A DNA stretch of 64,000 nt from NCBI GenBank assembly GCA_963828195.1, contig CAWHDT010000005.1, positions 864,001 to 928,000 of the forward strand, given 5' to 3'. The translations under genes were made by a program, and so were the position numbers. The notes beneath the pieces were generated by a model. It did not search any database and was not told the DNA's origin. It saw nothing but the letters and a program-made list of their open reading frames with translations. Positions 19,098 through 28,725 of the stretch are shown here, one piece after another. The stretch's first letter is position 1. Each line of letters starts with the position of its first letter. Origin of the DNA: Candidatus Bathyarchaeota archaeon. Lineage in GTDB: Archaea; Thermoproteota; Bathyarchaeia; Bathyarchaeales; Bathycorpusculaceae.

Positions 19098-19529
19098 TTA
19101 CTCTGGTTGAGGTGCCAAAGCGCTCAGAATCTGCTTGTGGTCGATTCTTTTTTCCATGAATATGCTGATTTTGTTTTGTCCCAAGCGGAGGCAGAGCATC
19201 TTGAGGTTTTTACCTTCAACAAGTATGTTTTCTGTGCCGCCTAACCTAAATGTTGCAGCCAGCGTCTCTGCAGCGTCAAACGTCTGCGAAGACAGCATAG
19301 CGTACTCGATTATTTTTGAAGGGTCATTTAAGTCAACGGTTGCTTGTAAGTCACTTCTGAGGATGAAGCCGGCGACGTCGTTGCATTTTCTGATTTCTTG
19401 AACTGCTTCAAGCAGGCTTTTGTAGTCGGAATTTTCATGTTCAACCTGTGGTTTTCCGTCTTCTTGCGCATCGATAACTATCGCGTCTTGAACTGTTATT
19501 GTTTCATTCATGGCTCTTTTCTTAGACAT
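19098..19529 (-). CDS. Roadblock/LC7 (MglB-like) domain protein
   Basis: VAGFILR..helix..LGGTENILVEG..KISIFM alpha-beta pattern. Confidence 0.6.
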   Translation of the reverse strand: MSKKRAMNETITVQDAIVIDAQEDGKPQVEHENSDYKSLLEAVQEIRKCNDVAGFILRSDLQATVDLNDPSKIIEYAMLSSQTFDAAETLAATFRLGGTENILVEGKNLKMLCLRLGQNKISIFMEKRIDHKQILSALAPQPE

Positions 19530-19532
19530 AGC

Positions 19533-20735
19533 TTAATCCTCTTGATTATTCAATACTGGCTTAATCAAAACCAGGGCGCCTTTCTTGGTTCGCAGCGCTT
19601 GTTGAAGTTTCTCTGGAATTTGGGTTACTCCTTTGCCTTCAAGCTGGGCGTCTTTAATGGGTTGTAGTTTGCAGCGAATTTTCTTGCCAAAAGTTGTCTC
19701 TTCGACTGTTACTTCTTTGATTTCTTTTTCGCCGAACATTTCTTTCCAGTGGGCTATGACGAGGTTGTCAACCCGCACGTAATCGGGATTTCCCAGTAAT
19801 CCGCCTAAACCCCCGAGGTTTTCTACCATAACCTGGATTACAGGCGCTTGCCGCGTGTATTCTTGAAACCCTTTGAATACGTCGGTTTTGGGTGCCACTT
19901 TGTGTTCGTTCTTGTCTTTTGTTTTTTCGACTGGCCTGTCAGGTTTGTTTACTTTTTCAGTTGGGGCTGCTTCTGGCTCTTCTGGAGCTTCAAGAACTGG
20001 CTTGATGAGGACCTTAGCGCCTTTCTTGACGTTTAGTTCAGTTTGAATTTTCTCTGAAAGCTTAACTATGCCGCTATTTTCGTATTTTGTGCCTTTGAAG
20101 GGTTGAAACTTGCACTGTGAAGTTTTTCCCGTAGAAGGAGCTTCTAAAGTGATTTGTTTGATAGGTATATCACCGTACATTTCTGCCCACTGAACAATCA
20201 ATGCACTATCGATGTATGCGGTTTTAGGATCAATCATGAATCCTCCGATAAGTGTGAGGTTTTCAACCGTGTATTCGCTTAATTGAGCCGCTGGAGCCAT
20301 CGGTTCTGGTATGTAGGTTTCGTGTTCAGACTGCAAGACAGGTGCTTGGGGGCTGTTCCTCATTGTGGGGTAGATGTTCTGCAGTATCTTTAGGGTTGTT
20401 GGAATCATGACTCGTATTAGGTTGGAGATTGTTTTTTCGTCAGCGTCGTTTGCAGCAACAGTCGTTATGTAAAGGTCGTCGAATTGTATGATGTTAATTT
20501 TGGATTCTGTGCCGCTGAAAGTTACTGATTCGATTCCGCCCAGCGCGTTGGCTTTTTCGGCGAGCGCGTGGAAGGTTTCTTGAGCAAGGTTCATTGTAAT
20601 TTCTGTGGTGTTTTCGTCTTTGGCGACGATTTCGCCGTTTTCTCTAAAAATAAGAATATTGGAGATGTCTGGACAGACGTTTTTGATTTCGTTAAGCGTG
20701 TTTTTTAAGGCGAGGTTGCAGGCTTCATTGCTCAT
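19533..20735 (-). CDS. Roadblock-like N-terminal domain plus two ~95-aa repeats resembling double-psi beta-barrels
   Basis: Repeats VENL..W.EM.G..IK..GK..CK.QP.K..G...EK.Q..L..KKGA.VLIKPVL, separated by Pro/Glu/Lys linkers. Confidence 0.6.
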   Translation of the reverse strand: MSNEACNLALKNTLNEIKNVCPDISNILIFRENGEIVAKDENTTEITMNLAQETFHALAEKANALGGIESVTFSGTESKINIIQFDDLYITTVAANDADEKTISNLIRVMIPTTLKILQNIYPTMRNSPQAPVLQSEHETYIPEPMAPAAQLSEYTVENLTLIGGFMIDPKTAYIDSALIVQWAEMYGDIPIKQITLEAPSTGKTSQCKFQPFKGTKYENSGIVKLSEKIQTELNVKKGAKVLIKPVLEAPEEPEAAPTEKVNKPDRPVEKTKDKNEHKVAPKTDVFKGFQEYTRQAPVIQVMVENLGGLGGLLGNPDYVRVDNLVIAHWKEMFGEKEIKEVTVEETTFGKKIRCKLQPIKDAQLEGKGVTQIPEKLQQALRTKKGALVLIKPVLNNQED

Positions 20736-20760
20736 TTCCAGAGTGCTCCTTTAGTGGCAG

Positions 20761-21189
20761 TTACGATATTTTGAATAAGATACGCTGTGGGATGCCTTCG
20801 TCTTCCAGCACTAGGTACTTGAGGCCTTCGGTGTCGCCAAGTTGATCCAGCCACTTTAATGCGTCGCGCACCTTCTGCAAAACCAACAAGCGTTCTTGAT
20901 GGCTGCGCACGACTGATTCTATGGCTGTTAACTCGTGGAACGCGTTAGCGTCTAAAATGATGTTTAGTGAGCCAACGGTTATTTCGCCTGGCGTATCTGT
21001 GGAGCTAGTTTTTTTGCCTGCCAGCTTCATTATGACTTCACGGACTTTTTTCGATTTCTCCGCCAAAGTGCGAATCTCATCCAAACGACGCAGATACTCA
21101 CCCAGTAAACTTTTGGTTTCAGACAGATCCTTGTCTAAGGCGTCAGCTATTGACTGCGCCGAATTATATTCTTTAAGTTGTGTTACCAT
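20761..21189 (-). CDS. Coiled-coil hairpin protein
   Basis: Helix-beta hairpin-helix pattern, LGEYLRRLDEIR. Confidence 0.7.
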   Translation of the reverse strand: MVTQLKEYNSAQSIADALDKDLSETKSLLGEYLRRLDEIRTLAEKSKKVREVIMKLAGKKTSSTDTPGEITVGSLNIILDANAFHELTAIESVVRSHQERLLVLQKVRDALKWLDQLGDTEGLKYLVLEDEGIPQRILFKIS

Positions 21190-21286
21190 GATTTTTTACC
21201 TCCGAAAGAGAAAATAAAAGAAAGAAAGGATTGTTGGTTCATTTTTGCCTTACCCCCGAATTTCAAAGTTTAATGTTTGTAGAAAT

Positions 21287-21766
21287 TTAAGCGGTTGGCG
21301 TGCCAGTGTATGTGTAAGAATATGTTATCGTGTTGCCTTTTGCAGTGATCAGATCTATTGTATATTGAGCAGTGCTTGTGAATGACAGGCTAGCACTTGT
21401 AAATGAGATTGTTAAGGTTCCAGACTGTCCTTTGGGAATATTCCATGGTGCTGTTGCAGTTCCATTACTTATTGTAGCTGCATTTCCATCGATGGTTGCA
21501 CTTGTTATGGTCACTGTATTAGTCCCAGTGTTCTGAATAGTAACTTCTACTGCGGTGGCATTTACATATGTCGTGCCTGTAACTTGTCCTTGCTCTGCGT
21601 TGTTCATGAATCCAAGGGTTAGTCCTCCCATCCATGCTGCGACGACTACGCTGACTGCGACTGTGACTGCGATGAGTATGATTGAGGCGATGACTGGACT
21701 TAGGGCTTTGGCATTTTTCTTAAATTTTCTAAAGTTTTTTGCGAAGTTCATTTTTTTAAACTCCAT
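21287..21766 (-). CDS. Archaeal type IV pilin
   Basis: Class III signal peptide KKNAKA/LSPVIASIILIAVTVAVSV; IQNTG; Thr-rich globular domain. Confidence 0.9.
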   Translation of the reverse strand: MEFKKMNFAKNFRKFKKNAKALSPVIASIILIAVTVAVSVVVAAWMGGLTLGFMNNAEQGQVTGTTYVNATAVEVTIQNTGTNTVTITSATIDGNAATISNGTATAPWNIPKGQSGTLTISFTSASLSFTSTAQYTIDLITAKGNTITYSYTYTGTPTA

Positions 21767-21967
21767 TTTGGTTTGCTGAATCTATCTTCGGTTTTTGCCC
21801 TAATAAATATTATGACTTAATAAACCATATTATATGTTTGTCCAACAAAACTACAACAAAGCGCTTACTCAAGAGATTTCAACAAACCAAGTCAGAAGGT
21901 TAACTATACAAAACGGGGGTTAAAGTTAAAGAAGTAGAGGATAAAAAACTGTTGGGAACCTATTTTT

Positions 21968-22300
21968 TTAGGCTTCGAGTTCGTCGAAGAGTGCGAGAAG
22001 AAGTTTTGCTATTTTTTCGCCGAATTCGGTTTTGAGGTAGTATTTTTTGAGTGGATCGATACGTTCGCTTTTGGCTAGGCCCAGTGATTCGATTTCGATC
22101 ATTCGGGCTCTGAAAGTGCCGTCGCTTAGGGTCAGTTCATTTTCTCGCATGAAATCTTTAGCCTCTTTCCATTTGCCTCGGCCTGCATAGAGTAGCAGCA
22201 GGCAGTCGATTGCGTGGTCCTTCTCAAGCATTGCTTTTATGGCGGATAACTTTGGGTCAGTGAGCACATGCTTGATTTTCTCGTCGTTATTCTTTGCCAT
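21968..22300 (-). CDS. Winged-helix transcriptional regulator
   Basis: SDGTFRARMIEIESLGL..YLKTEFG wHTH pattern. Confidence 0.7.
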   Translation of the reverse strand: MAKNNDEKIKHVLTDPKLSAIKAMLEKDHAIDCLLLLYAGRGKWKEAKDFMRENELTLSDGTFRARMIEIESLGLAKSERIDPLKKYYLKTEFGEKIAKLLLALFDELEA

Positions 22301-22643
22301 TTTTTACACCTTTTTTATTGTTATCAAAATTGGCGTCTGACGCTTTTAAAGCATATTGCGAATTACGAAACATATCTGTTGACGCCTATCTCCCGAAACC
22401 AATTATTACGAATAACTCCTTTATAAATTATACCAAGCAAGCAATAAAAAACTTGTAAAAATAAGCAATATGCCCCAAAAAATATGTTAAAATCAATAAA
22501 GCTATAAATTTTCTAAAATTAAATGGTTAAAGTCAAATAAAATTAAGCCTGCGAGTAGCTGCCGATTGCCATGCAGAAACAAAAGACTTAACAAACCAAA
22601 CTTAACTATAAGCCTAACAACTACAGTAGGAAGAGGCAAAAAA

Positions 22644-23237
22644 GTGGCTGCCAACACCCAGTACGAAGTTCCGACGTGGAACCAAATATACGAAATGCTC
22701 CTATCCCAGGCCCAAAAAATCCAAAGCGGCGGCTACAAACCCGACATCATCGTCGGCATCGCCAGAGGCGGGTTAGTTCCCTCGCGCATCCTCGCCGACC
22801 TACTGGAAACCAGGGATTTCGCAATAATCACAATAGAATACTACGTTGGCATCGGCCAGAAAAGCAAAGACCCCGTTTTGAAACAGTGCCTCCACACGCA
22901 GTTGCCCGACAAAAAAGTGTTGTTGGTGGATGATGTTTCTGACTGCGGCAGAAGCCTGCAGCTTGCGAAAAAGCACCTGCAAGATCAAGGCGCAAAAGAA
23001 ATCAAAATAGCGACCATTTATTGCAAACCCGGAACCATATCCACGCCCGATTATTTTGAAAAAGAAACAAATCACTGGATAGTTTTTCCGTGGGAAGCAA
23101 GAGAAACCATGGCGAAAATCATGCAGACGGCAGAAGGCAAACGCGCCATGGGAAAGGAAATTTCAAATCTTGTAAAAGCTGGGTTACCAAAGCAGTTGGC
23201 TGAAAAACTGCTAAATGACGGCAGTAGGAGCCAATAA
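22644..23237 (+). CDS. Purine phosphoribosyltransferase
   Basis: GIARGG, VLLVDDVSDCGRSL PRPP loop, WIVFPWE. Confidence 0.9.
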   Translation: MAANTQYEVPTWNQIYEMLLSQAQKIQSGGYKPDIIVGIARGGLVPSRILADLLETRDFAIITIEYYVGIGQKSKDPVLKQCLHTQLPDKKVLLVDDVSDCGRSLQLAKKHLQDQGAKEIKIATIYCKPGTISTPDYFEKETNHWIVFPWEARETMAKIMQTAEGKRAMGKEISNLVKAGLPKQLAEKLLNDGSRSQ

Positions 23238-23803
23238 TGCTTTATCCGCTAAGGGAATATGGCAAATACGCTGAGATAACAGGGTACAGAAAAGTGGAAT
23301 TCGCAAGGGCAGACGAGTTCCTCAAAGCAAACCGAAAAGAACCCTCTGAAAACGTTAACGTTCAATTCTTCGACGCCAGCTTAATCGCCACAAAAGAACA
23401 CCTGTACTTCGCAGCCCTAAACGCACTGCAAGCTTTCCAAAACAAAACAAACCTTTCTAAAAGCCTAGCCATGGAAACAATGCTTTACGCTTCAGCTCAG
23501 CGGCAAATAAAAAACGCCATTCGACGCTTGGGCATCACGCCTGAAACTACAAGCATAGCCGCAGTAATAATCGGCGCTGACACAACTCAACTCGCAGCCA
23601 TGCTTGAAGCAATCACCACATGCGTCGGCGGGGAACCTAACGAGAAAGAACTGGAAATGTCAAGTTTTAAGGAACAAAAAATCATAGAAACCTTTCACAT
23701 CACAGACCAAGAAATAAAATCCGTTATGAAAAACGAAAACCGCTCGGAAGCAGTGATTAACTTGGTTATTGAGCGAGTGGCTCTTCTTGCAACTCAACTG
23801 TGA
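23237..23803 (+). CDS. cgi121: KEOPS complex subunit Cgi121
   Basis: VQFFDA, HLYFAALNA, METMLYASAQRQI..AI..LG. Confidence 0.85.
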   Translation: MLYPLREYGKYAEITGYRKVEFARADEFLKANRKEPSENVNVQFFDASLIATKEHLYFAALNALQAFQNKTNLSKSLAMETMLYASAQRQIKNAIRRLGITPETTSIAAVIIGADTTQLAAMLEAITTCVGGEPNEKELEMSSFKEQKIIETFHITDQEIKSVMKNENRSEAVINLVIERVALLATQL

Positions 23804-23804
23804 A

Positions 23805-24332
23805 TTAAAGCATCTTCTCTTTGACAACCGCCAAGATGTCGCTGGGTTTAAGCAGAGAAACCCCCGTTAAAGCTCCAAGAACCTCAATCAGCAAGATTTT
23901 GTCAGGATTTTCAAGATCAGCTTTCCGATTCAGGTTTCCCGCCGCCGCCTCAATAATTTCTTGAGAGTGCAGGGTGGTGAAGCGTTTTTCAACTGTAACG
24001 CGGAACGTTTCCTGCTCGCCGATCCCGGCGGCTAACTCTTGGGTTACCCGTTTTATTTCCTCCAAATCCGTCGGCACAACACGTTGAATCGGCAAGATTC
24101 GAAGGGCGTAGCGGAACTCGTAGGGGCGTTCTTTGAGGATGCTGCGGAATTTTTCTATAACCACGCAGGGGTCAAGCGTTGTTTTGCCCACGATTAAGCC
24201 TCTGACTTTGGTCTTGCTTACTTGCGCTTCCGCGTCCCCTAACTTTTCTTTGAGCAGGAAATGCAGTTCGTTGCACATTGGCCGCTCATTCCCACGTGAA
24301 GTGGTGGCTAACAGGTTAAAGTCGCTAATCAT
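23805..24332 (-). CDS. THUMP domain RNA-binding protein
   Basis: TFRVTVEKR, ADLENPDKILLIEV. Confidence 0.88.
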   Translation of the reverse strand: MISDFNLLATTSRGNERPMCNELHFLLKEKLGDAEAQVSKTKVRGLIVGKTTLDPCVVIEKFRSILKERPYEFRYALRILPIQRVVPTDLEEIKRVTQELAAGIGEQETFRVTVEKRFTTLHSQEIIEAAAGNLNRKADLENPDKILLIEVLGALTGVSLLKPSDILAVVKEKML

Positions 24333-24384
24333 ACCGAGTTCTCACAGAAGGGAAGATGCAAGCAGGATATTTCTGCCTTATCAT

Positions 24385-24523
24385 AAAATGTGGTCAAGAA
24401 GGAAGAAGAAGAACGTTTTTTCAAGGCTTCTTCTTCTTTTGATAAAAAAATTCCCCTTTTGTTTTGTTAGGAGGGAAAGCAACTGCCCACATTTTTCAAC
24501 GTGAAACAGCGTTTTTTCAGCAG
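24385..24523 (-). repeat. Partial inverted copy of the dispersed double-hairpin repeat
   Basis: Reverse strand TCAAAAGAAGAAGAAGCCTTG matches 3188-3208, followed by a TTC-repeat arm. Confidence 0.65.
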
Positions 24524-24605
24524 TCTGAAATTGCAGCATGTGCTAAACTATTGATTTTTGTAGGTTGGTGTGTTTTGGGAAAGTTTTAAATCCTTAAGCT
24601 GCAAT

Positions 24606-24620
24606 CCTGACTATGTAAGG
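24606..24620. promoter_or_regulatory. Candidate operator of HTH gene
   Basis: Near-palindrome CCTGACTATGTAAGG between TATA-like TTTAAAT (24585) and ATG 24648. Confidence 0.4.
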
Positions 24621-24647
24621 TATTTGAGTCTTACTGGATGGACGTAC

Positions 24648-25109
24648 ATGACTCTGAGCCTCGGGTATTTAACTGCTAAACAGAAAATAATGTGGGACCT
24701 AAAAAGCAGAGGACTCCAAGAAGCCAACATCGCAAGAAAACTTGGCGTAACCCGCCAAACAGTCCACGGAGCCCTCGACATAGCCAACCTCAAAATCGGC
24801 GAAGCTCTAGAGGAAACCGCCAAAATCAACAAAATCGAAACCCAAAAAATCGACCCCGACAAGGGCTTCCTGCTCGGCTATAGCAGTCACTTCAAAACCC
24901 AAGCCTTCATCACATTCTCAGCCAAAAACGGTGTCCAAGTCTGGTACAAACACGAAGGCGACTGCGAAAAATGCAGTCAACTTCAAACCTGCCGCGATGC
25001 CCTGCTCTCAGAAGCAAAAGACCGCAACTTCCTTCTGTTGGACGATACGAGCAAGATTTTGCCCTCCAAACTCGCAGAAGCCCTAATCGCGAAAATAACT
25101 GGTGAGTAG
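24648..25109 (+). CDS. HTH transcriptional regulator with C-terminal CxxC-x5-C motif
   Basis: QEANIARKLGVTRQTVHGAL HTH; VWYKHEGDCEKCSQLQTC. Confidence 0.8.
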   Translation: MTLSLGYLTAKQKIMWDLKSRGLQEANIARKLGVTRQTVHGALDIANLKIGEALEETAKINKIETQKIDPDKGFLLGYSSHFKTQAFITFSAKNGVQVWYKHEGDCEKCSQLQTCRDALLSEAKDRNFLLLDDTSKILPSKLAEALIAKITGE

Positions 25110-25111
25110 TT

Positions 25112-26596
25112 ATGAGTCTACGAAAGAGGTTCAGAGATTTCAGGGATTGGTGCCCCCAACCGCCAGACCGTCTGCCTACAAAACTAAAACGTTATTCCAT
25201 GCCCATCGCTGCGGTGGTTACTGCGACCCTTATTTTGTCTGTGACATTTTTGGCATTTTCATCAAGCTTAATGCCGTCTGCTCCAATCGTTCCTTTAGTT
25301 AATGCGCCTGTTTCGGCAACTCCCACGTTACTCTGGAAATACAATATTAGTGCATTTGAAGGACTCTACGGAGCTTCTTCTCCTGTTGTGGTCAACGGCG
25401 TAGTTTATACAAGCGAGGAGAACAACTACGTTTACGCTTTAAATGCAACCGACGGCACCCAACTCTGGGATTACTTCACGGGTGAGTGGCCTTCTTCTCC
25501 TGCAGTTGCCAATGGTGTAGTTTACGTTAACACGGAATTTTCCATTAACGCTTTGAACGCTACCGACGGTACCCAGCTATGGAGAAACGAGCCACAATAC
25601 GATGTGCCAGTTGGTTTCTCCTCTCCCACCGTTGCCGACGGAATCGTCTATGCTGGAACGACCAACTCTTCAGACAATGGTGATTGCAACGTTTATGCTA
25701 TAAACGCGACTAACGGTAAAACACTTTGGAGTACTCCGTCCTTAGCTGGCTACGCAATCGTTAACCCATCCCCTGCAGTCGCCAATGGGACAGTCTATAT
25801 AGGTGCTGAGGGCGCGTTTGGCTGGGCGATTCCTGCTGGCTATCCAATAGCCCAGATTTGCTATGGCGTTTACGCTTTCAATGCTACGAGTGGAGCCCAA
25901 CTCTGGAATTACAACACAGACTACTCAGGTTGGTCGCCTCCTGTTGTTGCCGGCGGAGTTGTCTACTACGTCTCAGAGGAAAATAACTTATATGCGATCA
26001 ATGCCACGAGCGGCGCAGAAATATGGAATTACACCCCTGTTTACACGGGCTCCGGAAACGGAGTTAGTCTCGAAAACGTTGATTCGTCTCCCGCCGTTGT
26101 TGACGGCGTCGTGTATTTAGGCTCAGATTATGGTAACGTTTACGCTTTCAATTCATCCAGCGGCACTATAATCTGGAACTGCACGATTGGCGACGGAACT
26201 CTGTCAACTCCCACTGTCGCCGATGGAGTTTTGTACGTTGGTTCAACAGATAATAACATTTACACTTTGAACGCCACAAACGGCGTCGAACTGTGGAGCT
26301 ACCCCACCAGCGGCGCAGTTGATTCTCCCGCTGTGGTCAACGGAGTGCTCTACGTAGGCGGCGGCAACAACATTTATGCTTTGAGGGTCACACCTACGAC
26401 GTCTCCTTCGTCTAAGCAGTCCAACCCCCTGCCCATTATAATCGGCGTAGTAGCTGCAGTATTGATTGTTGCCACGGTGGTTCTTTTGACGTCTCAAAAG
26501 GGACTGAAAACTAAAACAGCTAGTTCACCAAATACACAAGACTCTTCATCAATCGTTTCTGGTCAAATTTATAAGGGAAAAATAGCAGGTGAATAG
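25112..26596 (+). CDS. PQQ-like beta-propeller membrane protein with WCP leader
   Basis: Repeated SSPAVANGVVY..YALNATDGTQLW; N-terminal RDWCPQPP then TM; C-terminal TM. Confidence 0.88.
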   Translation: MSLRKRFRDFRDWCPQPPDRLPTKLKRYSMPIAAVVTATLILSVTFLAFSSSLMPSAPIVPLVNAPVSATPTLLWKYNISAFEGLYGASSPVVVNGVVYTSEENNYVYALNATDGTQLWDYFTGEWPSSPAVANGVVYVNTEFSINALNATDGTQLWRNEPQYDVPVGFSSPTVADGIVYAGTTNSSDNGDCNVYAINATNGKTLWSTPSLAGYAIVNPSPAVANGTVYIGAEGAFGWAIPAGYPIAQICYGVYAFNATSGAQLWNYNTDYSGWSPPVVAGGVVYYVSEENNLYAINATSGAEIWNYTPVYTGSGNGVSLENVDSSPAVVDGVVYLGSDYGNVYAFNSSSGTIIWNCTIGDGTLSTPTVADGVLYVGSTDNNIYTLNATNGVELWSYPTSGAVDSPAVVNGVLYVGGGNNIYALRVTPTTSPSSKQSNPLPIIIGVVAAVLIVATVVLLTSQKGLKTKTASSPNTQDSSSIVSGQIYKGKIAGE

Positions 26597-26598
26597 CT

Positions 26599-27762
26599 AT
26601 GGGTTTACGTAAGAGACTTAGAGACTTAAGAAATTGGTGTCCAGAACCGCCAACCCCCAAAAAACCAAACAGCTACCTATCGTTTCCCAGAGAAAAAAGT
26701 ATTCGGCATTCTTTATGGTTTAAAATTTTGGTTGTAACAGGGATAACTGTCGTTCTTGTGGCGGCATTGTTTGGCTACATGTTTTTCCAAAATGCAGTTT
26801 CCCAGCAGCCCGCACAGAATGTTTACGCGACTAACCCAATCAACGCCATAGTCATAAATGCTGACGGCACGGTTTCGCCGGGGGCTTCGGGCACCATGCC
26901 GATTTCAAGCAGCGGAAACGTCTACTACATAAATGGCGCTTTAGAAGACGAACTTATCGTAGAGAAAAACAATATTGTGATAGATGGGTCAGGTTTAGCC
27001 AGCACATTTAACGGTAATTACCCCAATCAAAACATCATTCAACTGCAAGGGGTCAACAACGTAACAGTTGAAAATGTCGAAATCAGCCCAGCCTTCTATC
27101 TAATCTACCTTGATGATGCTTCAAACTGCAAAGTAGAAAACTCGAATTGCAGCCAAATAAACTTGGAAAATTCAAATCACAACGTCATTTTGGACAGCGA
27201 GGCCACTTACGTTTGCAGCCTGCGGACAGCCTCAAACAACACCATCAACAACTGCGGCATCGGCGGCTTTGACATCGAAATGAACTCCAACTACAACGTT
27301 TTCTTGAACAACAACTGCACCCTGGATAATTCAAACCGCATAACGCTTTATGACGCATCATACAACCTGTTTTTCGGCAACACCTTTGGGACCTGCTTCC
27401 GATGGGTATACATGGGCACCTCCGACAAAGGCGCCACTACAGGTAACCTGTTTGTTGCAAACAACGTCACCACAGGCAAATTAATTATTCCAGACATCTT
27501 GGTGGGGAAGAACACTTTTTACCACAACAACTTTATCGATTTCGCTTGGAACGGCTCCGCCACCACCGACTCAGCCAACACATGGAGCAGCAACGGGCAA
27601 GGCAACTACTGGAGCAACTATAACGGAACAGGCACCAACGGCGTAGGCACCACACCTTACATCATTGATGCAACCAACCGAGACGATTATCCCTTACTGG
27701 AGCCAGTTAATATTTCACAGGAAAATATTCCAACAGGCTACTTATCAGAGTTAGGCGAGTAG
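26599..27762 (+). CDS. NosD-like right-handed beta-helix membrane protein with WCP leader
   Basis: Asn-rich repeats, NTFYHNNF, GNYWSNY, PYIID..RDDYPL; N-terminal RNWCPEPP then TM. Confidence 0.85.
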   Translation: MGLRKRLRDLRNWCPEPPTPKKPNSYLSFPREKSIRHSLWFKILVVTGITVVLVAALFGYMFFQNAVSQQPAQNVYATNPINAIVINADGTVSPGASGTMPISSSGNVYYINGALEDELIVEKNNIVIDGSGLASTFNGNYPNQNIIQLQGVNNVTVENVEISPAFYLIYLDDASNCKVENSNCSQINLENSNHNVILDSEATYVCSLRTASNNTINNCGIGGFDIEMNSNYNVFLNNNCTLDNSNRITLYDASYNLFFGNTFGTCFRWVYMGTSDKGATTGNLFVANNVTTGKLIIPDILVGKNTFYHNNFIDFAWNGSATTDSANTWSSNGQGNYWSNYNGTGTNGVGTTPYIIDATNRDDYPLLEPVNISQENIPTGYLSELGE

Positions 27763-27828
27763 TTTATGGGTTCTCGCAACGATTTAGAAATTGGTGTCCA
27801 TCCAGTGCCAAAATGATGAAAGATAACC
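27754..27828 (+). pseudogene. Eroded third WCP leader without passenger domain
   Basis: GGCGAGTAGTTTATGGG junction followed by out-of-frame RFRNWCP (27780-27800) and early stop. Confidence 0.6.
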
Positions 27829-27935
27829 CTGCGAAAGATAATTTTTTAGTTTAATCCTTTATTGTTGATTTTGACGAGCTAAACTTAGCTCTTACTTTTT
27901 ATATGAAGTACCCATTTAACTAAGAGCAGATCAAA

Positions 27936-28028
27936 ATGAAGTCTTCCACCAAAAAAATTTTAGTCATAGGCATTATTGTGCTTTTTATAGCTTCAACCGT
28001 AGTGGGCGCGCTCGCTGGAATAATATAA
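27936..28028 (+). CDS. 30-aa single-TM micropeptide, not in ORF track
   Basis: MKSSTKKILVIGIIVLFIASTVVGALAGII; TTTTATAT TATA-like box about 35 nt upstream. Confidence 0.5.
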   Translation: MKSSTKKILVIGIIVLFIASTVVGALAGII

Positions 28029-28144
28029 TTTCCTGCGCATTTCAAATAAATTCTAAAATCTTATAGAGTGCCTTTTCGCTGAAAAATCGACAACGTTTGG
28101 GTGTATAAAATTTGATTGCATGGACAACCACCACTAAAACCGTT

Positions 28145-28474
28145 TTATGTTTTGCACGTGATGGCGGTTGGAATGATTGTTTTTAACTCGACGAAATACG
28201 CCCTCAGCATGCTCTGCCCTTTTTGTGTGATTCGATATTGCTTTCGGGGTTTTCCTTGGGCGAGCTCCCAGCTTGAAGCGATGAGCCCCTGATTCTGCAG
28301 GTGTTTTAGTTCTGTGTACAGAGTTGAGGGTCCTAATCGTACGCCGAATTTTTTATCGACTGCCTTGAAAAGGGCGTAGCCGTGCAGGCCTCGGTCGGAT
28401 GTGTCGTTTATTATGTTGAGCAGGATGCTTTCGAGGATGGCACCGCGGAAGATTTTTTTGTTTAAAGTGTTCAT
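28145..28474 (-). CDS. PadR family regulator
   Basis: HGYAL, GPSTLY..L..L...GLI.S.W..RKQYRITQKG. Confidence 0.9.
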   Translation of the reverse strand: MNTLNKKIFRGAILESILLNIINDTSDRGLHGYALFKAVDKKFGVRLGPSTLYTELKHLQNQGLIASSWELAQGKPRKQYRITQKGQSMLRAYFVELKTIIPTAITCKT

Positions 28475-28725
28475 TTTTCTTTTCTCCTTGAATGGGTTTG
28501 TAACCCCAAAAAATTAGTACATATCTTAAGAGTGACGACTGTAGATATAAAATAATGTTGTAGCTACATGCCTACCACAAGTATTGTAACCCGCTAAACC
28601 TATGCGAAGTGGAGTTCGCAAGCCCTACACCAATGTTGACAAAGTACGTTAATTGATTTTTCAAAAAGCTATAATATACATCCAAGCGATAACGAGCTTC
28701 CATAACATCCAAGAAGGGAGAGAAA

